Positions 1 to 12,299 of a stretch of 64,000 bases of DNA are shown here, one piece after another. How positions within the stretch are numbered: the first letter of the stretch is position 1; each line of letters begins with the position of its first letter. The notes under the pieces are model-generated. The model was not told where the DNA came from and searched no databases. It worked only from the letters and a program-made list of their open reading frames with translations. Position numbers and translations under genes: made by a program. The stretch is taken from positions 496,001 through 560,000 of the forward strand of contig JBHGNT010000023.1 of assembly GCA_043228905.1 (NCBI GenBank). Reading direction: 5' to 3'. The DNA comes from Azolla caroliniana. Its lineage: Eukaryota > Plantae > Polypodiophyta.

Positions 1-848
1 GAAATTAGTAAATTACATGAGGGAGTTGAGAAGAGCGCGTGAGTAAATTAAAATGTTCATAGCTGGCTCGTGTGATATCGGATTTTAGTCTTCAAACATG
101 CGAATCAAAGCTAACAACACTAGCTATGATAAGGAATGAAAAAATCAAGATTTTGAAACTCAGGTCGAGAGACATGAAGAAATTAGTAACTTAGAGGAGG
201 GTGTTGACAAGAGCGCATGAGTAAATTAAAATGTTCATACCTGGCTCTTGTGATATCGAATTTTAGTGTTCAAAGATGCCAATCGAAGCTAACAACACTA
301 CCTATGATATGGAATTAAAAAATCAAGATTTCGAAACTTGGGTCGAGAGACATGAAGAAATTAGTAAATTAGGGGAGGGAGTTTAGAAGAGCGCTTGAGT
401 AAATTAAAATGTTCATAGCTGGCTCGTGTGATATCGGATTTTTCTGTTCAAAGATACCAATCGAAGCTAACAACACTAGCTATGATATGGAACTAAAAAA
501 TCAAAATTTCGAAACTTGGGTCGAGAGACATGAAGAAATTAGTAAATTAGGGGAGGGAGTTGAGAAGAGCGCGTGAGTAAATTAAAATGTTCATAGCTGG
601 CTCGTGTGATATCGGATTTCTGTGTTCAAACATGCGAATCGAAGCTAACAACACTTGCTATGATATGGAATTAAAAAATCAAGATTTTGAAACTCAGGTC
701 GAGAGACATGAAGAAATTAGTAAAGTAGGGGAGGGTGTTGACGAGAGCGCGTGAGTAAATTAAAATGTTCATAGCTGGTTCGTGCGATATCGGATTTTAG
801 TGTTCAAACATGCGAATCGAAGCTAACAACACTAACTATGATATGGAA

Positions 849-872
849 GGGTTTAGGGTTTAGGGTTTAGGG
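849..872 (+). repeat. Interstitial plant-type telomeric tract GGG(TTTAGGG)3 inside a satellite monomer, copy 1
   Basis: ATATGGAA-GGGTTTAGGGTTTAGGGTTTAGGG-TTGGGTCGAG replaces the usual TTAAAAAATCAAGATTTTGAAAC. Confidence 0.97.
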
Positions 873-3696
873 TTGGGTCGAGAGACATCAAGAAATTAGT
901 AAATTACATGAGGGAGTTGAGAAGAGCGCGTGAGTAAATTAAAATGTTCATAGCTGGCTCGTGTGATATCGGATTTTAGTCTTCAAACATGCGAATCAAA
1001 GCTAACAACACTAGCTATGATAAGGAATGAAAAAATCAAGATTTTTAAACTCAGGTCGAGAGACATGAAGAAATTAGTAAATTAGAGGAGGGTGTTGACA
1101 AGAGCGCATGAGTAAATTAAAATGTTCATACCTGGCTCTTGTGATATCGAATTTTTGTGTTCAAAGATACCAATCGAAGCTAACAACACTAGCTATGATA
1201 TGGAATTAAAAAATCAAAATTTCGAAACTTGGGTCGAGAGACATGAAGAAATTAGTAAATTAGGGGAGGGAGTTGAGAAGAGCGCGTGAGTAAATTAAAA
1301 TGTTCATAGCTGGCTCGTGTGATATCGGATTTTAGTCTTCAAACATGCGAATCAAAGCTAACAACACTAGCTATGATATGGAATGAAAAAATCAAGATTT
1401 TGAAACTCAGGTCGAGAGACATGAAGAAATTAGTAACTTAGAGGAGGGTGTTGACAAGAGCGCATGAGTAAATTAAAATGTTCATACCTGGCTCTTGTGA
1501 TATCGAATTTTAGTGTTCAAAGATGCCAATCGAAGCTAACAACACTACCTATGATATGGAATTAAAAAATCAAGATTTCGAAACTTGGGTCGAGAGACAT
1601 GAAGAAATTAGTAAATTAGGGGAGGGAGTTTAGAAGAGCGCTTGAGTAAATTAAAATGTTCATAGCTGGCTCGTGTGATATCGGATTTTTATGTTCAAAC
1701 ATGCGAATCGAAGCTAACAACACTAGCTATGATAAGGAATGAAAAAATCAAGATTTTGAAACGCAGGTCGTGAGACATGAAGATATTAGTAAATTAGAGG
1801 AGGGAGTTGAGAAGAGCGCGTGAGTAAATTAAAATGTTCATAGCTGGCTCGTGTGATCCCGGATTTTTATGTTCGAAGATGCGAATCGAAGCTAACAACA
1901 CTACGTATGATATGGAATGAAAAAATCGAGATTTTGAAACTCAGGTCGAGAGACATCAAGAAATTGGTAAATTACATGAGGGAGTTGAGAAGAGCGCGTG
2001 AGTAAATTAAAATGTTCATAGCTGGCTCGTGTGATATCGGATTTTTGTGTTCAGAGATGCGAATCGAAGCTAACAACACTAGCTATGATATGGAATGAAA
2101 AAATCAAGATTTTGAAACTCAGGTCGAGAGACATGAAGAAATTAGTAACTTAGAGGAGGGTGTTGACAAGAGCGCATGAGTAAATTAAAATGTTCATACC
2201 TGGCTCTTGTGATATCGAATTTTAGTGTTCAAAGATGCCAATCGAAGCTAACAACACTACCTATGATATGGAATTAAAAAATCAAGATTTCGAAACTTGG
2301 GTCGAGAGACATGAAGAAATTAGTAAATTAGGGGAGGGAGTTTAGAAGAGCGCTTGAGTAAATTAAAATGTTCATAGCTGGCTCGTGTGATATCGGATTT
2401 TTATGTTCAAACATGCGAATCGAAGCTAACAACACTAGCTATGATAAGGAATGAAAAAATCAAGATTTTGAAACGCAGGTCGTGAGACATGAAGATATTA
2501 GTAAATTAGAGGAGGGAGTTGAGAAGAGCGCGTGAGTAAATTAAAATGTTCATAGCTGGCTCGTGTGATCCCGGATTTTTATGTTCAAACATGCGAATCG
2601 AAGCTAACAACACTAGCTATGATATGGAATTAAAAAATCAAGATTTTGAAACTCAGGTCGAGAGACATGAAGAAATTAGTAAATTAGAGGAGGGTATTGC
2701 AAGAGCGCGTGAGTAAATTAAAATGTTCAAAGCTGGCTCGTGTGATATCGGATTTTTGTGTTCAAAGATGCCAATCGAAGCTAACAACACTAGCTATGAT
2801 ATGGAATTAAAAAATCAAGATTTTGAAACTTAGATCGAGAGACATGAAGAAATTAGTAAATTAGAGGAGGGTGTTGACAAGAGCGCATGAGTAAATTAAA
2901 ATGTTCATACCTGGCTCTTGTGATATCGGATTTTTGTGTTCAAAGATACCAATCGAAGCTAACAACACTAGCTATGATATGGAATTAAAAAATCAAAATT
3001 TCGAAACTTGGGTCGAGAGACATGAAGAAATTAGTAAATTAGGGGAGGGAGTTGAGAAGAGCGCGTGAGTAAATTAAAATGTTCATAGCTGGCTCGTGTG
3101 ATATCGGATTTTTGTGTTCAAACATGCGAATCGAAGCTAACAACACTTGCTATGATATGGAATTAAAAAATCAAGATTTTGAAACTCAGGTCGAGAGACA
3201 TGAAGAAATTAGTAAATTACATGAGGGAGTTGACAAGAGCGCATGAGTAAATTAAAATGTTCATACCTGGCTCTTGTGATATCGGATTTTAGTGTTCAAA
3301 GATGCCAATCGAAGCTAACAACACTAGCTATGATATGGAATTAAAAAATCAAAATTTCGAAACTTGGGTCGAGAGACATGAAGAAATTAGTAAATTAGGG
3401 GAGGGAGTTGAGAAGAGCGCGTGAGTAAATTAAAATGTTCATAGCTGGCTCGTGTGATATCGGATTTCTGTGTTCAAACATGCGAATCGAAGCTAACAAC
3501 ACTTGCTATGATATGGAATTAAAAAATCAAGATTTTGAAACTCAGGTCGAGAGACATGAAGAAATTAGTAAAGTAGGGGAGGGTGTTGACGAGAGCGCGT
3601 GAGTAAATTAAAATGTTCATAGCTGGTTCGTGCGATATCGGATTTTAGTGTTCAAACATGCGAATCGAAGCTAACAACACTAACTATGATATGGAA

Positions 3697-3720
3697 GGGT
3701 TTAGGGTTTAGGGTTTAGGG
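3697..3720 (+). repeat. Interstitial telomeric tract GGG(TTTAGGG)3, copy 2
   Basis: Same tract and junctions as 849-872; 2848 bp (16 monomers) downstream. Confidence 0.97.
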
Positions 3721-4587
3721 TTGGGTCGAGAGACATCAAGAAATTAGTAAATTACATGAGGGAGTTGAGAAGAGCGCGTGAGTAAATTAAAATGTTCATA
3801 GCTGGCTCGTGTGATATCGGATTTTAGTCTTCAAACATGCGAATCAAAGCTAACAACACTAGCTATGATAAGGAATGAAAAAATCAAGATTTTGAAACTC
3901 AGGTCGAGAGACATGAAGAAATTAGTAACTTAGAGGAGGGTGTTGACAAGAGCGCATGAGTAAATTAAAATGTTCATACCTGGCTCTTGTGATATCGAAT
4001 TTTAGTGTTCAAAGATGCCAATCGAAGCTAACAACACTACCTATGATATGGAATTAAAAAATCAAGATTTCGAAACTTGGGTCGAGAGACATGAAGAAAT
4101 TAGTAAATTAGGGGAGGGAGTTTAGAAGAGCGCTTGAGTAAATTAAAATGTTCATAGCTGGCTCGTGTGATATCGGATTTTTCTGTTCAAAGATACCAAT
4201 CGAAGCTAACAACACTAGCTATGATATGGAACTAAAAAATCAAAATTTCGAAACTTGGGTCGAGAGACATGAAGAAATTAGTAAATTAGGGGAGGGAGTT
4301 GAGAAGAGCGCGTGAGTAAATTAAAATGTTCATAGCTGGCTCGTGTGATATCGGATTTCTGTGTTCAAACATGCGAATCGAAGCTAACAACACTTGCTAT
4401 GATATGGAATTAAAAAATCAAGATTTTGAAACTCAGGTCGAGAGACATGAAGAAATTAGTAAAGTAGGGGAGGGTGTTGACGAGAGCGCGTGAGTAAATT
4501 AAAATGTTCATAGCTGGTTCGTGCGATATCGGATTTTAGTGTTCAAACATGCGAATCGAAGCTAACAACACTAACTATGATATGGAA

Positions 4588-4611
4588 GGGTTTAGGGTTT
4601 AGGGTTTAGGG
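4588..4611 (+). repeat. Interstitial telomeric tract GGG(TTTAGGG)3, copy 3
   Basis: Same tract and junctions; 891 bp (5 monomers) after copy 2. Confidence 0.97.
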
Positions 4612-6545
4612 TTGGGTCGAGAGACATCAAGAAATTAGTAAATTACATGAGGGAGTTGAGAAGAGCGCGTGAGTAAATTAAAATGTTCATAGCTGGCTCG
4701 TGTGATATCGGATTTTAGTCTTCAAACATGCGAATCAAAGCTAACAACACTAGCTATGATAAGGAATGAAAAAATCAAGATTTTTAAACTCAGGTCGAGA
4801 GACATGAAGAAATTAGTAAATTAGAGGAGGGTGTTGACAAGAGCGCATGAGTAAATTAAAATGTTCATACCTGGCTCTTGTGATATCGAATTTTTGTGTT
4901 CAAAGATACCAATCGAAGCTAACAACACTAGCTATGATATGGAATTAAAAAATCAAAATTTCGAAACTTGGGTCGAGAGACATGAAGAAATTAGTAAATT
5001 AGGGGAGGGAGTTGAGAAGAGCGCGTGAGTAAATTAAAATGTTCATAGCTGGCTCGTGTGATATCGGATTTTTGTGTTCAAACATGCGAATCGAAGCTAA
5101 CAACACTTGCTATGATATGGAATTAAAAAATCAAGATTTTGAAACTCAGGTCGAGAGACATGAAGAAATTAGTAAATTACATGAGGGAGTTGACAAGAGC
5201 GCATGAGTAAATTAAAATGTTCATACCTGGCTCTTGTGATATCGGATTTTAGTGTTCAAAGATGCCAATCGAAGCTAACAACACTAGCTATGATATGGAA
5301 TTAAAAAATCAAGATTTCGAAACTTGGGTCGAGAGACATGAAGAAATTAGTAAATTAGGGGAGGGAGTTGAGAAGAGCGCGTGAGTAAATTAAAATGTTC
5401 ATAGCTGGCTCGTGTGATATCGGATTTTTGTGTTCAAACATGCGAATCGAAGCTAACAACACTAGCTATGATATGGAATTAAAAAATCAAGATTTCGAAA
5501 CTTGGGTCGAGAGATATGAAGAAATTAGTAAATTACATGAGGGAGTTGAGAAGAGCGCGTGAGTAAATTAAAATGTTCATAGCTGGCTCGTGTGATATCG
5601 GAATTTAGTGTTCAAACATGCGAATCGAAGCTAACAACACTAACTATGATATGGAATTAAAAAATCAAGATTTTGAAACTTGGGTCGACAGATATCAAGA
5701 AATTAGTAAATTACATCAGGGAGTTGAGAAGAGCGCGTGAGTAAATTAAAATGTTCATAGCTGGCTCGTGTGATATCGGATTTTTGTGTTCAAACATGCG
5801 AATCGAAGCTAACAACACTAGCTATGATATGGAATTAAAAAATGAAGATTTTGAAACTCAGGTCGAGAGACATGAAGAAATTAGTAAATTAGAGGAGGGT
5901 ATTGCAAGAGCGCGTGAGTAAATTAAAATGTTCAAAGCTGGCTCGTGTGATATCGGATTTTTGTGTTCAAAGATGCCAATCGAAGCTAACAACACTAGCT
6001 ATGATATGGAATTAAAAAATCAAGATTTTGAAACTCAGATCGAGAGACATGAAGAAATTAGTAAATTAGAGGAGGGTGTTGACAAGAGCGCATGAGTAAA
6101 TTAAAATGTTCATACCTGGCTCTTGTGATATCGGATTTTTCTGTTCAAAGATACCAATCGAAGCTAACAACACTAGCTATGATATGGAACTAAAAAATCA
6201 AAATTTCGAAACTTGGGTCGAGAGACATGAAGAAATTAGTAAATTAGGGGAGGGAGTTGAGAAGAGCGCGTGAGTAAATTAAAATGTTCATAGCTGGCTC
6301 GTGTGATATCGGATTTCTGTGTTCAAACATGCGAATCGAAGCTAACAACACTTGCTATGATATGGAATTAAAAAATCAAGATTTTGAAACTCAGGTCGAG
6401 AGACATGAAGAAATTAGTAAAGTAGGGGAGGGTGTTGACGAGAGCGCGTGAGTAAATTAAAATGTTCATAGCTGGTTCGTGCGATATCGGATTTTAGTGT
6501 TCAAACATGCGAATCGAAGCTAACAACACTAACTATGATATGGAA

Positions 6546-6569
6546 GGGTTTAGGGTTTAGGGTTTAGGG
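6546..6569 (+). repeat. Interstitial telomeric tract GGG(TTTAGGG)3, copy 4
   Basis: Same tract and junctions; 1958 bp (11 monomers) after copy 3. Confidence 0.97.
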
Positions 6570-9037
6570 TTGGGTCGAGAGACATCAAGAAATTAGTAAA
6601 TTACATGAGGGAGTTGAGAAGAGCGCGTGAGTAAATTAAAATGTTCATAGCTGGCTCGTGTGATATCGGATTTTAGTCTTCAAACATGCGAATCAAAGCT
6701 AACAACACTAGCTATGATAAGGAATGAAAAAATCAAGATTTTGAAACTCAGGTCGAGAGACATGAAGAAATTAGTAACTTAGAGGAGGGTGTTGACAAGA
6801 GCGCATGAGTAAATTAAAATGTTCATACCTGGCTCTTGTGATATCGAATTTTAGTGTTCAAAGATGCCAATCGAAGCTAACAACACTACCTATGATATGG
6901 AATTAAAAAATCAAGATTTCGAAACTTGGGTCGAGAGACATGAAGAAATTAGTAAATTAGGGGAGGGAGTTTAGAAGAGCGCTTGAGTAAATTAAAATGT
7001 TCATAGCTGGCTCGTGTGATATCGGATTTTTATGTTCAAACATGCGAATCGAAGCTAACAACACTAGCTATGATAAGGAATGAAAAAATCAAGATTTTGA
7101 AACGCAGGTCGTGAGACATGAAGATATTAGTAAATTAGAGGAGGGAGTTGAGAAGAGCGCGTGAGTAAATTAAAATGTTCATAGCTGGCTCGTGTGATCC
7201 CGGATTTTTATGTTCGAAGATGCGAATCGAAGCTAACAACACTACGTATGATATGGAATGAAAAAATCGAGATTTTGAAACTCAGGTCGAGAGACATCAA
7301 GAAATTGGTAAATTACATGAGGGAGTTGAGAAGAGCGCGTGAGTAAATTAAAATGTTCATAGCTGGCTCGTGTGATATCGGATTTTTGTGTTCAGAGATG
7401 CGAATCGAAGCTAACAACACTAGCTATGATATGGAATTAAAAAATCAAGATTTTGAAACTCAGGTCGAGAGACATGAAGAAATTAGTAAATTAGAGGAGG
7501 GTGTTGACAAGAGCACATGAGTAAATTAAAATGTTCATACCTGGCTCTTGTGATATCGGATTTTAGTGTTCAGAGATGCCAATCGAAGCTAACAACACTA
7601 GCTATGATATGGAATTAAAAAATCAAGATTTCGAAACTTGGGTCGAGAGACATGAAGAAATTAGTAAATTACATGAGGGAGTTGATAAGAGCGCGTGAGT
7701 AAATTAAAATGTTCATAGCTGGCTCGTGTGATATCGGATTTTAGTGTTCAAAGATGCGAATCGAAGCTAACAACACTAGCTATGATAAGGAATGAAAAAA
7801 TCAAGATTTTGAAACTCAGGTCGAGAGACATGAAGATATTAGTAAATTAGAGGAGGGAGGTGAGAAGAGCGCGTGAGTAAATTAAAATGTTCATAGCTGG
7901 CTCGTGTGATCCCGGATTTTTATGTTCAAACATGCGAATCGAAGCTAACAACACTAGCTATGATATGGAATTAAAAAATCAAGATTTTGAAACTCAGGTC
8001 GAGAGACATGAAGAAATTAGTAAATTAGAGGAGGGTATTGCAAGAGCGCGTGAGTAAATTAAAATGTTCAAAGCTGGCTCGTGTGATATCGGATTTTTGT
8101 GTTCAAAGATGCCAATCGAAGCTAACAACACGAGCTATGATATGGAATTAAAAAATCAAGATTTTGAAACTCAGATCGAGAGACATGAAGAAATTAGTAA
8201 ATTAGAGGAGGGTGTTGACAAGAGCGCATGAGTAAATTAAAATGTTCATACCTGGCTCTTGTGATATCGGATTTTTGTGTTCAAAGATACCAATCGAAGC
8301 TAACAACACTAGCTATGATATGGAATTAAAAAATCAAAATTTCGAAACTTGGGTCGAGAGACATGAAGAAATTAGTAAATTAGGGGAGGGAGTTGAGAAG
8401 AGCGCGTGAGTAAATTAAAATGTTCATAGCTGGCTCGTGTGATATCGGATTTTTGTGTTCAAACATGCGAATCGAAGCTAACAACACTTGCTATGATATG
8501 GAATTAAAAAATCAAGATTTTGAAACTCAGGTCGAGAGACATGAAGAAATTAGTAAATTACATGAGGGAGTTGACAAGAGCGCATGAGTAAATTAAAATG
8601 TTCATACCAGGCTCTTGTGATATCGGATTTTAGTGTTCAAAGATGCCAATCGAAGCTAACAACACTAGCTATGATATGGAATTAAAAAATCAAAATTTCG
8701 AAACTTGGGTCGAGAGACATGAAGAAATTAGTAAATTAGGGGAGGGAGTTGAGAAGAGCGCGTGAGTAAATTAAAATGTTCATAGCTGGCTCGTGTGATA
8801 TCGGATTTTTGTGTTCAAACATGCGAATCGAAGCTAACAACACTTGCTATGATATGGAATTAAAAAATCAAGATTTTGAAACTCAGGTCGAGAGACATGA
8901 AGAAATTAGTAAAGTAGGGGAGGCTGTTGACGAGAGCGCGTGAGTAAATTAAAATGTTCATAGCTGGTTCGTGCGATATCGGATTTTAGTGTTCAAACAT
9001 GCGAATCGAAGCTAACAACACTAACTATGATATGGAA

Positions 9038-9061
9038 GGGTTTAGGGTTTAGGGTTTAGGG
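9038..9061 (+). repeat. Interstitial telomeric tract GGG(TTTAGGG)3, copy 5
   Basis: Same tract and junctions; 2492 bp (14 monomers) after copy 4; last copy I see in the window. Confidence 0.97.
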
Positions 9062-12000
9062 TTGGGTCGAGAGACATCAAGAAATTAGTAAATTACATGA
9101 GGGAGTTGAGAAGAGCGCGTGAGTAAATTAAAATGTTCATAGCTGGCTCGTGTGATATCGGACTTTAGTCTTCAAACATGCGAATCAAAGCTAACAACAC
9201 TAGCTATGATAAGGAATGAAAAAATCAAGATTTTGAAACTCAGGTCGAGAGACATGAAGAAATTAGTAAATTAGAGGAGGGTGTTGACAAGAGCGCATGA
9301 GTAAATTAAAATGTTCATACCTGGCTCTTGTGATATCGAATTTTTGTGTTCAAAGATACCAATCGAAGCTAACAACACTAGCTATGATATGGAATTAAAA
9401 AATCAAAATTTCGAAACTTGGGTCGAGAGACATGAAGAAATTAGTAAATTAGGGGAGGGAGTTGAGAAGAGCGCGTGAGTAAATTAAAATGTTCATAGCT
9501 GGCTCGTGTGATATCGGATTTTTGTGTTCAAACATGCGAATCGAAGCTAACAACACTTGCTATGATATGGAATTAAAAAATCAAGATTTTGAAACTCAGG
9601 TCGAGAGACATGAAGAAATTAGTAAATTACATGAGGGAGTTGACAAGAGCGCATGAGTAAATTAAAATGTTCATACCTGGCTCTTGTGATATCGGATTTT
9701 AGTGTTCAAAGATGCCAATCGAAGCTAACAACACTAGCTATGATATGGAATTAAAAAATCAAGATTTCGAAACTTGGGTCGAGAGACATGAAGAAATTAG
9801 TAAATTAGGGGAGGGAGTTGAGAAGAGCGCGTGAGTAAATTAAAATGTTCATAGCTGGCTCGTGTGATATCGGATTTTAGTGTTCAAACATGCGAATCGA
9901 AGCTAACAACACTAGCTATGATATGGAATTAAAAAATCAAGATTTCGAAACTTGGGTCGAGAGATATCAAGAAATTAGTAAATTACATGAGGGAGTTGAG
10001 AAGAGCGCGTGAGTAAATTAAAATGTTCATAGCTGGCTCGTGTGATATCGGAATTTAGTGTTCAAACATGCGAATCGAAGCTAACAACACTAACTATGAT
10101 ATGGAATTAAAAAATCAAGATTTTGAAACTTGGGTCGACAGATATCAAGAAATTAGTAAATTACATCAGGGAGTTGAGAAGAGCGCGTGAGTAAATTAAA
10201 ATGTTCATAGCTGGCTCGTGTGATATCGGATTTTAGTGTTCAAACATGCGAATCAAAGCTAACAACACTAGCTATGATAAGGAATTAAAAAATCAAGATT
10301 TTGAAACTCAGGTCGAGAGACATGAAGAAATTAGTAAATTAGAGGAGGGTATTGCAAGAGCGCGTGAGTAAATTAAAATGTTCATACCTGGCTCTTGTGA
10401 TATCGGATTTTAGTGTTCAAAGATACCAATCGAAGCTAACAACACTAGCTATAATATGGAATTAAAAAATCAAGATTTTGAAACTCAGATCGAGAGACAT
10501 GAACAAATTAGTAAATTAGAGGAGGGTGTTGACAAGAGCGCATGAGTAAATTAAAATGTTCATAGCTGGCTCGTGTGATATCGGATTTTTGTGTTCAAAC
10601 ATGCGAATCGAAGCTAACAACACTTGCTATGATATGGAATAAAAAAATCAAGATTTTGAAACTCAGATCGAGAGACATGAAGAAATTAGTAAATTAGAGG
10701 AGGGTGTTGACAAGAGCGCATGAGTAAATTAAAATGTTCATACATGGCTCTTGTGATATCGGATTTTAGTGTTCAAAGATACCAATCGAAGCTAACAACA
10801 CTAGCTATGATATGGAATTAAAAAATCAAGATTTTGAGACTCAGGTCGAGAGACATGAAGAAATTAGTAAATTAGGGGAGGGAGTTGAGAAGAGCGCGTG
10901 AGTAAATTAAAATGTTCATAGCTGGCTCGTGTGATATCGGATTTTTGTGTTCAAACATGCGAATCGAAGCTAACAACACTTGCTATGATATGGGATTAAA
11001 AAATCAAGATTTTGAAACTCAGATCGAGAGACATGAAGAAATTAGTAAATTAGAGGAGGGGGTTGACAAGAGCGCATGAGTAAATTAAAATGTTCATACA
11101 TGGCTCTTGTGATATCGGATTTTAGTGTTCAAAGATACCAATCGAAGCTAACAACACTAGCTATGATATGGAATTAAAAAATCAAGATTTCGAAACTTGG
11201 GTCGAGAGACATGAAGAAATTAGTAAATTAGGGGAGGGAGTTGAGAAGAGCGTGTGAGTAAATTAAAATGTTCATAGCTGGCTCGTGTGATATCGGATTT
11301 TTGTGTTCAAACATGCGAATCGAAGCTAACAACACTTTCTATGATATGGAATTAAAAAATCGAGATTTCGAAACTTGGGTCGAGAGACATGAAGAAATTA
11401 GTAAATTAGGGGAGGGAGTTGATAAGAGCGCGTGAGTAAATTAAAATGTTCATACCTGGCTCGTGTGATACCGGATTTTTGTGTTCAAAGATGCGAATCG
11501 AAGCTAACAACACTAGCTATGATATGGAATGAAAAAATCAAGATTTTGAAACTCAGGTCGAGAGACATGAAGATATTAGTAAATTAGAGGAGGGAGTTGA
11601 GAAGAGCGCGTGAGTAAATTAAAAAGTTTCATAGCTGGCTCGTGTGATCCCGGATTTTTATGTTCAAAGATGCGAATCGAAGCTAACAACACTACGTATG
11701 ATATGGAATGAAAAAATCAATATTTTGAAACTTAGGTCAAGAGACATGAAGAAATTAGTAAATTAGAGGAGGGTATTGCAAGAGCGCGTGAGTAAATTAA
11801 AATGTTCATAGCTGGCTCGTGTGATATCGGATTTTTGTGTTCAGAGATGCGAATCGAAGCTAACAACACTAGCTATGATATGGAATTAAAAAATCAAGAT
11901 TTTGAAACTCAGGTCGAGAGATATGAAGAAATTAGTAAATTAGAGGAGGGTGTTGACAAGAGCGCATGAGTAAATTAAAATGTTCATACCTGGCTCTTGT

Positions 12001-12299
12001 GATATCGGATTTTAGTGTTCAAAGATGCCAATCGAAGCTAACAACACTAGCTATGATATGGAATTAAAAAATCAAAATTTCGAAACTTGGGTCGAGAGAC
12101 ATGAAGAAATTAGTAAAGTAGGGGAGGGTGTTGTCAAGAGCGCGTGAGTAAATTAAAATGTTCATACCTGGCTCGTGTGATCCCGGATTTTAGTGTTCAA
12201 ACATGCAAATCGAAGCTAACAACACTAGCTACGATATGGAATTAAAAAATCAAGATTTTGAAACTTAGGTCGAGAGACATGAAGAAATTAGTAAATTAG

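Noticed and set aside
1-178. Arabidopsis thaliana CEN178/CEN180 or primate alpha satellite
   Set aside because: Only the length is similar. I see none of the motifs I recall from those consensus sequences, and could not run an alignment.
365-385. TTAGGG within AAATTAGGGGAGGG as a telomeric remnant or G4 in ordinary monomers
   Set aside because: It is a single polymorphic hexamer (also TTAGAGG, TTACATG, GTAGGGG) with only two G tracts, which is compatible with chance.
849-9061. True chromosome end or telomere array
   Set aside because: Each tract is only ~3.4 repeat units and is flanked on both sides by in-phase satellite.
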